From the NCBI GenBank assembly GCA_000165425.1, contig CT868208.1, positions 124,001 to 188,000 on the forward strand: a stretch of DNA of 64,000 nt, read 5' to 3'. Under the pieces are notes generated by a model, which was not told where the DNA came from, did not search any database, and saw nothing but the letters and a program-made list of their open reading frames with translations. The DNA is from Paramecium tetraurelia (lineage: Eukaryota). Position 1 is the first letter of the stretch. The number at the start of each line of letters is the position of its first letter. A program made the translations under genes and the position numbers. This document shows, piece by piece, positions 37,349-51,684 of the stretch.

Positions 37349-38439
37349 ATGATTAGTTAACAAGAAAAAGAAAGATTATTGCAAGATAAAAGAAATAAGA
37401 TTGCGGCGTAATTTTTAATTAAACTATTTAAGTTATAAAAAGAAACTTGAATAATCTCAATAGACTTCTTCAAACACATAACCTTAGTAAGTAATTTAAG
37501 CATAAGATAATGATCAAATCAATTAATCTCCTTAAAAGGAGTAGCCTCCTTCAAATTAAGCTGTCATAGCACTTCCATAACAGTCAGATTTAATAAGTTT
37601 ATATTTGCAAACAAAGCGAAAAAAATTAAGGTTTTAGACAATAGAAATGTATTCGAATAGCCCTGCTCCTCCTCAAGCAGAAGTTATGACAATAGAGTTT
37701 GGTGTACAATGTGAATTTGAGATGTCATCATCTTAACAAGAAAATGAGGATCAAGTAATTCCCTTGATAGATAATGTGAGAAGAGATTCCAGGAAAAAAA
37801 GAAAAGTTTTATAAAGCGCTGAAGAACCAGTCGAAAAAGTAGATAAGAATATATCCCCCGAAGAGATAAATTCCATTTTTCAATCCCAATCATTTTAAAG
37901 GTTTTTCAAGAAGTTTGAAAACTATAGAAAAAGCCATTCATGGGGTAGGAGTTTATGTCCTTGAGGATTTAATGAACACTTAATAAGTGGCTTAAGAAAT
38001 AGGCAAGGACAATCTAACAAAATTGCTTTCATTTAGTGATAAATTATATACAGAGAATAGAGTTGTAACATCAATACAGTGGTCACCCAACTTACCTTAT
38101 TCATTCTTAGCCTCTTATTCCTAAAATGAAGAAGGATCAATAACAGATTAAGTGGGAGTGGTTCTTTTATGGTCTTTGCAATTAAAATCGAGACCTGAAT
38201 TTTACTGTTTTGCAAGCAGTCCAGTAACATCAGCTTGTTTCATCCCTTCAGTCCAAGTATATTGCTTGGAGGATTATACAATGGCTAAGTAGTTGTTTGG
38301 GACTTGAGAGCAAAACACACTCCTGAGAAGAGATCAACTTTGAATAGTGGTGGACATTGTTCTAATTTATTTTTAGGCTCAAAAAGTTGATCATGAAAGA
38401 TTGGCGAAACTAAAGCAATGGATTAAAAGTGACAAATGA
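37349..38439 (+). pseudogene. Cytoplasmic dynein intermediate chain with large internal deletion
   Basis: N-terminal coiled coil. RVVTSIQWSP..VLLWSL..RPEFYC..SPVTSACFHPF..GGLYNGQVVVWDLR..GGH, then an abrupt jump to an intron tail and a short terminal exon. Confidence 0.75.
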
Positions 38440-38479
38440 AATATTAGTAATTATATTTAATTATTATATATTTTACAAA

Positions 38480-40863
38480 ATGAAGAAGAGAAATTAGAAA
38501 CTATGTATGTAATTCAAATAATAAATTAAGCTGATTTATGTGTCACATCAAAAGTACTTTGTGCAAGATTTGGAACCTACACTAAGAAATTAATAGCTGC
38601 TGGAGATGAAAAGAATTGTGTTCAAATCTGGTAAATTGGAAATCAAAAACCAATCGCTGTATTTCAATGATACATTGCTAGACATTAAGTTCATAAAATA
38701 ATTCTAATGCTTAAGTTGAAGTTGCTAGTGTGAATTTTAGCTTTTGCGAAACTGAATTATTCTCAGGTTCCAATAGAGGCATCATCAATATCTGGGATGT
38801 TGAAAGTCAAAAATGTAAATCTTATTCAAATATCATGTAGAAATTTAAACACTTAAAGGACATACTACTTGTGTTAATACACTTTGTATTTATCCAACTG
38901 AAGAAAATAAGCATTTACTCTTAAGTGGAGCCTACGACACTTCAATCAAATTATGGGATTTGAGGACAAAAACTGCCGTCAACCAATTCAAAGGCCATAG
39001 CATGTAAATAAATGCTTTGGCAGTCTCTCCGAATTGTAAGTTATTGGCATCAGGTTCAAACGATGGATAAGTTAAAGTTTGGGATATTGCTTAAGCAAAA
39101 ATAATAGCATCTTTTACTTAACATGATAGTCAAATTACATGTCTAAGTTTCAATCCTGTTGAGAAAGCATTGGCTTCAGGTGGAGGAGACAGATGTGTAA
39201 GATATTGGGACTTAGATAGATTAAATTAAGTAATTTGAACTTTTTGATAAATTAGATATCATCTACTAGAACTGATACAACTCCAATTTAATGCATCTTG
39301 TTTGAATAAAATGGAAAAGCATTATATTCTGCAACATATGATTCACTAAAAGTTTGGGATGTAGAACATGATTGTTAACTTTTGGATAATGTAGAGAGCA
39401 GTTGGAGAGGAGTCCTTGACTTGATAGTAGTTCCAGAAAGAGATTAGTTGTTGGGACTTGCCTCTAATGTGCAAACTGGATTTACTCTTCATGGAGTCAA
39501 TCTCAAAAGCATTTGCTAAGATCCAAAAAGCATTGATGTTAGATCTAGTGGAGGTGGGGCTCCTATAAAACGAGGTAGGACGCCTGACAAAAGATCGGAA
39601 ATCTAAACTGCAAATCCAAAGCCTTCAGACTCGGAGAGTAAAGTTAAAAGTAAGCCCTCTTTGCAGATGCAAGCATAGAATATATTGAATCAAGATTATT
39701 AATATGATCGTTAAAAGTCGAATGAATAATTGAAGGAGATTTAGCAATAATAATAACAATAATAACAGCCTTATTATTAATAACAATAAATGGTTGGATC
39801 ACCATTTCTTAATAATAATGCATATCAATAATTATAGCAATACCCTCAATAACAAATACTTTATTAGTACTAAATTTAATAACCTTAGTCATTTTAGTAA
39901 TAAACTCCTTTTCTATATCAATAACAACCTAATCCAATTTATCAACAACAACCCAACCAACTATATCAACAACAATAATAACAAAATCAGTTATATTTAC
40001 AATAAAATCTATTGGCTTAATAACCATAGTAACAATTCTAAAACCATGATTCAAATCCATATTTTTCAAATCAAGTACACACTCCCTAGCATAACCCATA
40101 AAAACCTCTTTCATATCTTCAGGTTCCTTAAGTCATTCTTCCGAATATTGAAGAGGAACATTAGCCTTAAGATGAATCTGAGATTATGAATTCAAGTGAT
40201 TTAACACTTTCTTAATTTATGATGGGGGATTAGAACAAAGAAAAATTTAAACAGGTAGATCTTATCCATGAAATTGTCAAAGATCATAATAAAGTTCAAT
40301 CAGTCCTGACTTAAAGAATGAACTATATGAAACCTATACTTCATTGGTGGAGTAATAACAATCTTAAATCTGCTATGAATGCTATCACTCAGTAGAATTT
40401 GTATTTTATATTAGAGTAACAGAACCATCCATATTGCAAGATGCGTTGTCTCTCTATTCCCAATCATCCAAATTTGGATAAGTCCCTATCGATTCTATCC
40501 CCATGCTAATGGAAAAAGCCAGAATTCTGATTGAGTCAAAGTACACTAACCATATAAGGGGAGGACTTGACTTTGCTTGGACAACTCTAAACCAATTTCG
40601 AGATGTAATTCTATTATTTACTATCTCAGGAAATCCTTAATATTAAGCTATTCAACTAATTATCAAAGGCAGATTTAACTAGAGAAGAAAGGATTTAAAA
40701 ATATGATAGAGTGATTGAACAATTTAAAATTATAGTTTAAACACCAAAATTACAAAAAATAATCGATAGGAACAAAGAAGATCTCTCAGACTTGGCTAAG
40801 AAATTTTAAATTGAAGTAGTTGGATTTCTCAAAAAGGTGAATCAGAATTAAATGCAAAATTGA
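38480..40863 (+). CDS. KATNB1: Katanin p80 WD40 subunit
   Basis: N-terminal WD40 repeats (GAYDTSIKLWDLR, ASGGGDRCVRYWDL), Q/P-rich linker, C-terminal DHNKVQSVLTQRMNYMKPILHWW domain. Confidence 0.85.
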
Positions 40864-40902
40864 ATATTAAATTATTGTTAATATATAATATTTTAGTCGT
40901 TA

Positions 40903-42436
40903 ATGAATATCTCAAAATCAAAAAATTCTGTTCCCTAGGACAAACCTCTCAAAAGTCCCTAACCAGATATACTATCTATGCCCATGCAACCATTAAGAAT
41001 TGATATGCTCCTCAACTCCAAAAATAAATTGGAAACCCAACAATCAACCAAAGCATTAGATATAGTCAAATAAATGCATCAAAGTAGTACAGGAAATTTA
41101 AAATTGGATACCTCTATCAACAAATCAAAAGAACATCTATTAAAGAAAACTCCTACTAAAACAACTGCTAGTTTTCATTATGATAAAACTCCTGACAATT
41201 CCTAAATAAATTAATCATATAGTCCTCACACTCATGCTTGCTTAAAACCATAACTTAAATAATCAGAAGAATAATTAAATATCAAGAATATTTCTTCATA
41301 AAAATCCCTTTTGTAAAAAGATCAAAGCGATAGAATAGAGTAACTTAATTTATTATTGAGAGAGTAAAAATAATAAATAATGCAAAAGGAGCAAGAAAAT
41401 TAAAAATTATAAGAGGCTAACATTCGTTTAAATTAAGATAATCAAAAATTATATACTCAAACAGAGGAAATGTTAAAGGATCTTGAGTATATGAGATCTA
41501 ATTTTGAGTAATAAAATAAGGATTTTAATCTTCTAAAATAATAAAATCAACAATTATTAGAAGATATGAAACTAATACGAAGTGAGAGAAACAAAATGAT
41601 TAATAATAACAATGAATAACTTTTAATTTAAAAAAATAAGGAAATTTCATAATTGTAAAGTGAATTAAATGAGCATAAACAACTGCTATTAGCTAAGGAT
41701 TCATCCATTCAACATTTGAAACATTAGTTTGAAAATTTAGAATAATAATAATATGATATAATGAATAGGTTGGAATAAAAGTAAGATGAGCTATAAACAT
41801 TAAAACAATAACAATAATTAAATATTCTAAATCAAAAGAAAAGCAATTAATTTGAGTCTTTATCAAGAAGATCATCTGTGTAAAACGATGTCTTATTGTA
41901 TCAGGCTCAATTAGAGCAATTACAAAAAGAAAAAGAAATATGTGAATAAAAATTAGTTGAAATGTAAACTGTTATAAATTAATTCTTATTAAAGGAAAAG
42001 AAGGTAAACCAACCACCCAATAATTCCGTTGTTTAACAAAAAGAATTTAATAAAATGAAACAAATTATTTAAATCTAAAAAAGATAAATTGAATCATAAT
42101 AGAAAACCATTATGAATTAGCATTATGAAATCTAAAATCTATAAACTTTATTGTATTGCTCTAATGAATAAGACAGTTAATTTAACAAAAAGACATTTGA
42201 TTCCAATGATGCAGATAAATATTCACTGTAATCTGCAGATATGTAAATATTATTATAATAACTCTTCTAGATATCATCATATATAAGAAAAAGAAAATGA
42301 CAGAAATAGCTTAAGCGAGCATTTAGGTGCTCATCATCTTACCTTTTAATAATAACAAGGATCTAAATTTATTATGGAAGATACTTTTAGAAATTTAGAC
42401 AATGAATTAAACTCGCATAATACTATAACAGATTGA
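40903..42436 (+). CDS. Hypothetical coiled-coil protein
   Basis: Long open Q/E/K-rich frame with one intron near the 3' end. Confidence 0.7.
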
Positions 42437-42510
42437 TTAATATTTTATATATTTTTAAATACTAATTATTACTAATGTTATTTAAAAAATAAAAAATAAA
42501 AGTACTTGGA

Positions 42511-45160
42511 TCAAAGCATTTTCCAACTATTTTTTCCTTGTAAAGTTGATGATATGTTTTAAAATGAATTCGACTAATCCTAATCCTTTGATATTCCTTA
42601 TGATATATGATAATTAATTATACCTGGAGAAGAATTCCTAACTTTATGTCTGACATTAGAAACGTTCGTTGCCTTACTCTTAGATTCATCTTAATTTAAT
42701 TAATATTTGAATACTTTTAATAGCTGGTGAAAAGGTTCTTGTATTTACTGAGGAGGGTTTTTAAACTAAAGTAAAACTAGTTGATGACACATTGTCTTTG
42801 GCTTTTCTTTAAAATATCATTAAGATCTTACACTTATTTTTGTGATTAAGTCTTTTCTGTCAATTCTTATAAGACTCTTATAGGTTGATTCTTTATAAAT
42901 GATGCTTAACTCTTGGTTAAATTTTAAGGTGATATTAGTTTCTTGAACTAATTGAGGTCTGTAACTATGCCTTTAGCTTATTACTTTTATTCAGCATCTA
43001 TAGCAGAATTACTATTATTATTAAAACTGTTATTTTAAACTTAATTTGCACTTTAATTTAAGTATTTATCCTAGAATGAGTTATTTGGTTTTTATTAGTT
43101 CCTCAAAGTAGATGCTGCTTGTCTTCTGCATTAAACGTTTCTTAAATAAATTTGCGAACTCGACTATGGTAAAGGAGGTCCTTGTTAAGATACCTTTTTA
43201 GATGGATCTTTTGAAAATGGAGACAAGCTTTCTTTTTTCTAGATCCCATTTGATTTTTAAGAGTCTTTAACTTCAGTACTACTAGGTCTGAGTTTTGAAT
43301 CTAAGGTTTCCTAATTTTTAGTTAAAGAGGAACTTCTATCCTATATGTTGGTTTAATTTAGCATAGTGGGTTAATTATATTAGGAGAATTCAGTGTTTTA
43401 AAGGTGTTATTTTTAAATGCAAGATTGAGATTAGGATTGTTTGATTTAATTTTTTTATTAAAGTTGCTAAAACTTTTAATAACTAGATTATAATTATGAA
43501 ATTGATTAAGTTAGTGTTTTTTGAATTTCTGAATGTTTAGTAGAATTCATAGTTTAAATTGATGTTGGACTAATTAATTAATCTAATTTGCTTTTTTATT
43601 AGATTGTATTATTAGTTTAATTTATTAATTGTGTCGCTTGTGATTATTAAGATGACTTATCGTAATTCAATAATGCTTCAGCCTATTTATTAAAGTAATT
43701 TAAAGATTATTAAACTTGATTTTTAAATTCCTAAAAGTTGGTTAAAATGGAATTTTAGTTATCTTTTTATTTCTAAGAACTAGGTCTTGTCTAATTAGAA
43801 ATGTCTGTCGATAACTTTTTATCCTCATTTTATTGTAAAGAATTGCTTCTAATTGGATTTTAACAGTTTTAATAGATTTAATTGCTGCTACTCAAAATAG
43901 TTCCAGCTGGAGGTTATTATTGAGTTGTATTCTCTGAAGTCTTTATAAAATTGTTAATCAATTAATGTTTTTTATTTAATTCAATGACATTTTATTATTG
44001 TTATTATGTTATATTTTATTATTGTTATTATGGTGTTCTGCTTTTTGCAGCACAGTTCATCAGCATATTTTAAAATGAAGGATTGTTAATTAAATTTGCA
44101 TTATTCAGATTAGAATTAATTGTAATGTCAGTTTAATCTTGTTATTGTGATTTACTACTTTCTTATCTTACTTGAGTTACATTCTAAGTGCTTTTTGGAA
44201 AACTAGTTTAGATTTAGGGTTGTTTAGGTAATTAGATCAAGGATTGGTTTTTTTATGCTCCCTAATTAAATTCTAATTTTACTTTTAAAATTGAAGTCTC
44301 AGAATCGCGTTTTAGATTCACCTCAGAAGCAGGCACGAAATCAGGGGAACCTGAATAGACCAGAGTTGCTAATTGAATATTCTCTTTATTCATTTGGTCT
44401 CTCCATTTTAACTTTTGATTGGTAGGTTTTCCCAAGACTCCCTTTAAGTATGAGGTGAATCTATACCTATTTAGCTTATAAGTTAGTATATATTTCATCG
44501 ACAGGGCCATTATGAGAATTCAAAAAAGTATTTCTAATGATTAATTCCTCCTAAACATGCTAAGGATTTTATTCATCTGTTGTTAGTTCATTCCATGAAG
44601 CAGTTCTTTTTGGTCCTAGTTTATTCATTCTATTTTCCAATGCGTTTAGTTAATAAAAAAAGGATGCTCGAATTTCAAGATCTGGACGTCTGGAATTCAA
44701 AAATTCTAATGTTTTATATAATGTCCAAGAATATCTAAAAAATTTAAATTATTTAACGAACTTTTTCATAAAATAAGCAGCAAGCACACAACATGCTCTA
44801 CTCTATCCTCTAACTGAATGTACTAGGCAACTCTCTCCTTATTGAAAACATTCTTCAATGAATGTAAATATTTTATTTACATTTTCACCTCGTTCATCAA
44901 ATAACACCTAAATATCAACATTTGAATTGATACTTCATTATCTTACTCCAACCAATTAAAAGTTAAATACTTTGCACCAATCAATGTCCATTTATTTTGA
45001 ACTTCTGTGCCAGCACAATTAATAATATGAGTTACTTTATTTGTAATTATAAATTCTCGATCCTTTTTTAAATTCAATACTAAACCTATGATGCAAACTC
45101 ATCCCCAATAAATAATCCATCCTTTATTTTAATTGCTCCTACTATTTGGTTCTAAGCCAT
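42511..45160 (-). CDS. Dual-specificity phosphatase-like protein (Cys to Ser pseudophosphatase) with long low-complexity tail
   Basis: IKIKDGLFIGDEFA, NKVTHIINCAG, ESCLVHSVRGQSRACCVLAAYFM, followed by a Q/N/S-rich region. Confidence 0.8.
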
Positions 45161-45187
45161 AATAAAAAATTTAAATTATTATTATTT

Positions 45188-45666
45188 ATGTTAACTCTTC
45201 TTAAGCGATCGATATATTTTGTTCCTCGCTTTTCCTATCATCCAAATGTCATAGACCATTATGAACACCCAAGAAATGTAGGATCACTAGACAAAAGCAA
45301 TCCCAAGGTAGGAACAGGATTGGTTGGTGCACCAGCATGTGGAGATGTCATGAAACTACAAATTTAAGTTGGAGAAGACGGTAAAACCATTGAATAAGCT
45401 GTCTTTAAAGTAATCTAATAGATTCTATTCATTTTAAGACATTTGGCTGTGGTTCAGCCATAGCATCTAGTTCTTATGCTACAGAAATTCTTAAGGGAAT
45501 GACCCTGGAAGATGCTTACAACATCAAGAATTCAGATATTGCAAGCTATTTAAAGTTGCCTCCTGTGAAATTGCATTGCAGTATGCTTGCAGAAGATGCC
45601 ATCAAGAAAGCAATAGAGGATCTATAATCCAAGAATAATTAGTCAACATAAAAGTAAGACAAGTGA
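45188..45666 (+). CDS. ISCU: Mitochondrial Fe-S scaffold ISCU/Isu1
   Basis: YHPNVIDHYEHPRNVGSL, GAPACGDVMKLQI, FGCGSAIASS, LPPVKLHCSMLAEDAIK. Confidence 0.96.
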
Positions 45667-46340
45667 TACATTAAGTGATAATATAAAGTGATTCATTAAT
45701 CGCTATATTTATCTTGTTGTTATTCTTTTTTACTAAAATCTAAGTTAAAAACAAAATTAATTTCTAAGACATTGTTATTAATCTTATGTTGTATTCCTAT
45801 TTTACTATGTTCAATTTACATATCTATGAATATTTCTTATGATCAATTTATATTCTCATACACAGTTTCAGTTTTCTCAAAATTAGTGATAATTACCTTC
45901 CAAGAAATAATGATTCATCTTATCAATTTTTAAACATGTTTATACTTATTTTAATTATCAATTTCTATATTAAGTGATTGCTAATTTGAATTGGTATGAT
46001 TAAACTAAAGCAATAAATACTAAATAATATATTTTGTTTAAAATAATTAAATAGAATGACATGCAATAGTAAAGATTATAATATATTAAAAATAGATATT
46101 TTATATTAAAGAATTTAATAATAATGAATGCAAATTTATGTAGTTTAGAATTTAAAATTCAAATTCTTTTATTCTTGACTATTTATAGACTATCTATAAT
46201 ATTGCAGAATTAAAAAAAATCAAAAATAAAAAGCTTGCATCTATCCATCAATTTTTAAAGTTTAATTTACCCAACAATTGAGATGTGTATGTTTTCTTTA
46301 AATAATAATATTCAGAACATTGATAAATAATTAAAAATAA

Positions 46341-49300
46341 ATGATTGTAAAATTTCACAAGACAACAGAGAGAATCAAAGGATTGTCATTTCATCCTAAG
46401 CAACCCTGGTTACTTGTTGGATTACATTCTGGAGCAATTCAAATGATAGATTATAGATTGGGAAGAGTAAGAATATTATTGATATTAAAAACAGACAATA
46501 GAAGAATTTGTGTAACATGAAGGTCCTGTGAGATCAGTTTAGTTTCATCAATCTTTGTGTCTATTTATATCAGGCTCAGATGATTTTACTGTAAGAGTTT
46601 GGAATTACAAAACTAAAAAATGTTAATTCGTGTTGCGTGGCCATCTGGACTTTATAAGATGTGTACATTTTCATCCAGAATTGCCTTGGTGTGTCTCAGC
46701 TTCAGATGATTAAACTTCTAGAGTTTGGAATTATTAATCAAGACAAATGCTAGCCATTGTAACAGGACATAGTCATTATGTGATGCATTGTGAATTTCAT
46801 CCAACAAAAGACTTTCTAATTACTTGTTCTTTAGATTAGACTATTCGATTATGGTCTATTGCATAATTAAAGAAAAGATTTACTTAAAAGAATGTAAAAT
46901 ATTCAATTAAGTTTTAAAGTTGCAAAATGATTAGCAGAATGAATTAGAATTAATATAAATCTTAGAAGGACACAACCAAGGTGTGAATTGGTGTACATTC
47001 AGTCCGACTGAAAATTTAATATTGTCAGCATCAGATGATAAGAAAGTCAAAGTTTGGAAATTTAGTGATTCAAGAGGCTTTGAGATAGATTCCTATTAGG
47101 GTCATATTGTAATTATGTATATACTATCAATATAGAATAATGTGAGCAGTGCTATGTTTCATCCATTTGGAGATTACTTTATATCTAATTCAGAAGACAA
47201 CACAATAAGATTGTGGGATATGAAGAAGAAAGTTGAAATTGACTGTTTTACAAACTATGAATTAGATAGATTTTGGGTTAGTGCTGTTCATTAGAATAAC
47301 AATTACTTTGCAGGAGGAAGTGATTCTGCTTTATACATATTTACATTATTTAGGAATAGACCTGCTTTTGATTTAATAGATAATAAGATTTTGTTTGTTG
47401 GGAGCAAGAAATAAATCAAAATAATAGATTTATAGAATAATAAAGAGATAGTCATTAAGAATTTCCAAGAAGTCGCTACTTTAATATCAGATAACCTATT
47501 ATAAGATAATATTGAGTTTATCTAATAAAATATTTATGAGACAAGTAAAAACATGCTCTTAATCAGGTTGAAATAGAGCTCTCATAATAAATAGAGAGGA
47601 ATATGTAAATATATGATTTTTGAGTGCTAAACTAATCTCAGTCAAATCTTTTTGGGTAAGACTGCTATTTTCATTGGAAAATATAAGATTTTAAAGTCCA
47701 AAGAAAATTCAGAGATAGAAATTTATAATTTTGAAGTTGATTCCCATAAAGCTCTAGGCCATAAGGCTGATAAACTATTTCCTTATTAAGGAGGCAAAGC
47801 CATCTTCTATTCTGATGAGATGATTAATGTATTAGATCCTGAGGCTAATTAATTAGTTTATCAAATCCCTTGTTCTAATGAATTTAATAATATGAAAAAG
47901 GTACTGACTAACGACACATATGTTATGATTTAAACTAAGAAAGCTATTCATCTGTTTACAAAATCGTTCTAAAGGGTTACATAGATTTAAGAGTCAATAA
48001 ACATTAAATCAGTATTATTCTTAAGTAAAACCTAAAACATTATCATATATTCAACAAAAGTTCACATAAAATATTTGTTAATAAATGGGGATTCTGGTAT
48101 TTTTGGAACCATGGAAACAGTTCCATATCTTATTTAATTACAGTAACCAATAGACAGATAAAGTGAAAAATATAAATTAATTTACATGAATAATGTTGGT
48201 ACACTATTAAATATGGCTCTTGATTGTTCTGAAATGTTGTTTAAGTAGGCTTTGATCGATAAAAACATTAAATATATCTAAAACTTCTTATAGTCACATA
48301 AGAAATTAGGCGTTTTGATTACATCATATCTATATTAAAAAGGATTTCCAATGATTGCCTATTAATTGGTTGAGGACAAAAGAGCTAAATTTTAATTAGC
48401 ATTGTCTTCTAATAATCTAGAACTCTCCTATAGAACTTGCGATGACTTAAAGAATCCCGTATGTTATCAAAAACTATCTGAAGAAGCCATGAGATAGGGT
48501 AATCATAATATAGTTGAAGTTTGTTAATAGAAATTGAGATCCTCTCAATAACTGTCTTTTCTCTATACAATTACTGGTCAAATTGATAAGTTGAATGTAT
48601 TGAGTAATATAGCCAAAGAATAAAATGAATATAATACTCGATTCTAAACATTATTACATCTCGGAAATTATAGTTAAAGAGTTCAATTCTTATAGGATTG
48701 TAAATTGAATCATATTGCCAATCTCAGCAAATTAGTACATGGATTAGAATATGATTAAAAATTGATCATACCTGAAGATTTAGAATGGGTGTAATCTTTA
48801 TAACCAGAATTGCTATAACCTCCTGTTTAAATTATTAAATCCAAATAGCATCCTCTATTTTCTATGAATTGGCCTCATAATTCAGTTGATTAAGATGACT
48901 AATATAATATATTAATAGTAGAGGATCAAGAAAATAAAGAAAGAAATCAGAAATCATAAGAAAAACCATCATAGAATTAGGAAAAGAAGAATGTCAATAA
49001 TTGTTAGATTAAAAAAGAAGATTAAACCAAAGAGAATTAGGATAATGAAGAAGCATTTGAAGATTGTTAATGGGAAATAAATGAATCAGAACTCCTGGAG
49101 ATGTAACTAAATTAAGCAACTTTAGATTATAAGAGCTTGTAGTATGGATATCCTGATTATAAAAAAGGTATGATCTACTTTATAACAAAATAGTTTTATC
49201 ACCTGTTGAATAGATAATTACTGAGTAATTCCAATAATGCTAATAATCATTAAAATCCACAAAAAATGTGACTAATATTAATCTGTGCAAAGATTAGATG

Positions 49301-50038
49301 AAATAATTATGTCTTAGCTCAATTATAGAAATAAGTTAGATACCTTTTCTTTAGCCTGCTCCATAAATGATATCAGCTGTATCAGATAAATAGCATTTCA
49401 GTAGAATTTCCTAAGATCTTCTAAAGTAAGGATACAAACAAACTACGGATGGCAAATTTCAAGATGCTTTGACTACTTTTAAAACTTTATTGAGAAAAGC
49501 TCTATTTTATGATAAAAACACAGATATTATTCCAATCTGCTTAAATTATATTATAGCGATGAATTGTGAAATTAAGAAGAAAGACCAAAGTGTTTCTAGA
49601 CAAATCGAATTAGCTTGCTATATGGCCATGTGTGATTTATAACCAATACATCGTTCACTTACTTTAAGGGCAGCTATGAGTTTGGCATACAAACATAAGA
49701 ATCATTTGACTGGGGCTTATGTTGCTAAATATTTGTTGAAATTATTAGAAAAGGCTCCATAAGGATCAGCTTATGCTAAGGTTGAAGTTATCGAAAACGT
49801 AAAGAAAGTATTGAATTGTATAATATTGTAGATCTTAAGAAATTGTGAGTAATCATTACGAAATGAATATGAAATAGATTTTGAAGAAGATTATTTAAAT
49901 TAAGGGACTAAGATTTTGTTTGCTGATAGTTTGACAATCATTAAACATTAAAACTTTTACTAATGTCTTTTTGATAAAGCAATTTATTCTTAAAAAGGAA
50001 AACTTTGTTAAATTTGTGATTTGTGTTAAATGAATTGA
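46341..50038 (+). CDS. COPA: Coatomer alpha subunit (divergent)
   Basis: [77 protein letters not shown], terminal CQICDLC. Confidence 0.92.
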
Positions 50039-50196
50039 TATTGTATATGAATTTTATATAAACTTATTGTCTTCGATATAAGAATTTATGTTGATAAAAG
50101 TTGTTTATTTAATAAGAAAATACTATTTCAATTCAGATATATCATCTATCTAATAGAGATAACCTTATATTATAAAATTCAACGTAATTAATTAAC

Positions 50197-51674
50197 TCAA
50201 TCAGAAAAGGAACTGCTACTATCTGAACGTTCAAGCTTAGACATTTTCTTTCTAAAATCAGAATCCTGTATTCTGACTTTGGCTGTTTTTTATTGTTTCA
50301 TTAAAGCTAATTAATTGATCCTTGCATCCAAATCATCATGTTGTTAAACTAATATTTTATTTTTTCCTTTTAAATCCCTAACTTATTTTTATAATTGATC
50401 AATAGTATCAATATATTAAGCGTGTTCCTTTTTTTGATTTGACAATTGTGATTTTAAAATGCTATTTTCTTCTCTTAATTTGATCATTTCTTTGCTAATT
50501 TTTTCAATTTTAGCTTCCAAAACATCCATATCTTTATGTTAAGCATCAGTTAATTATTAAGATTATCTTTATAATCTTTCTAATTACTCTTTATACTTTT
50601 CCATTTCTTCTTTTAAGAAAGTACTTTATCTTTATTCAGCATGCAAAAGTCTAATTTATTCATTAATTTGCTATTCTAAATTATCAATCTAAGCATTCTT
50701 TTTTTTAAGTTCTTCATTATGAGATTGGCCAGATTATTTTTCATTTGCATATTAATTATTAATATCTCTTATCTATTTACTCATTTTTTCAAATTGTTAT
50801 TCATAATCATTAATTTCTAATTCTAAACGTTTGCTAAAATATTAAATTAAAATTACTTTTAATCTTCTAATTATGGAATTAATCTACTTGATTTTTCATA
50901 TTGAATTCTTAATTAATCATTTTCTTATTGTAGAAACTTATTGTCTTTTTTAATTCTCTCACTTTCTAAACTTAAATTCTTTAATTTCAATTCCAATTCT
51001 GAAACTCTTTCTTTAATTTCTCCGCTCCTTTTCTTTTATTTATCAACATCAACCATTTTCTCTTCTAATTGTACTTATAATTATTGATCAATCTTCTTTT
51101 TTAACTTTTAGATTCTAATTTACTATTCTGAAATAGTTCCTTCTTTAGTCAATAGTTTATTGTCTAATAATGTAATTTAAGTTCTTAGTGTTCCTATTTC
51201 CTTCTGTAACACATCAATTTCTGAGTTTAATTACCCACTCACTTTTTCTAAAGTAGTGTTTGTGTCAAAATGCTATTTGACTTTGGATTAATCAGTCAAC
51301 ATGTGTGTTAGTTTATCAATCTGAATCTATAATTTTTGATTATTGAGTCTCTCAGCATGTCTAATGATAATGATAAATTCATACACATTCTCTTTATAAA
51401 AGTCTGCTTGTCTTTCAAGTGCACATTTTTCATTTTGCCAATTTCTTTTTTCCTCTTACCATTGTACTTATAATTCAATGATTTCTTCTTTCATCTTAGC
51501 CAAATGATCATTTTTTTTCAAAATTTTGAATTGTAATTTACTGACTACATCACGTAATTCTTCATCACTCTTATGATTATAAGTTGAGTCATTGTGAACA
51601 CTTCTTTTTCTTTCGTTCCCAGATTCACTACGTTTATTAGATGAAAAACTCTTTTTTGTTGGCTATCGTTACAT
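50197..51674 (-). CDS. Hypothetical coiled-coil protein
   Basis: ATG 51674 MQRQPTKKSFSSNKR, long heptad region, two tiny introns. Confidence 0.7.
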
Positions 51675-51684
51675 ATTAAATTTA

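Noticed and set aside
39794..40189. Asn-rich 131 aa ORF
   Set aside because: Out-of-frame reading of the Gln-rich (TAA/CAA) linker of katanin p80
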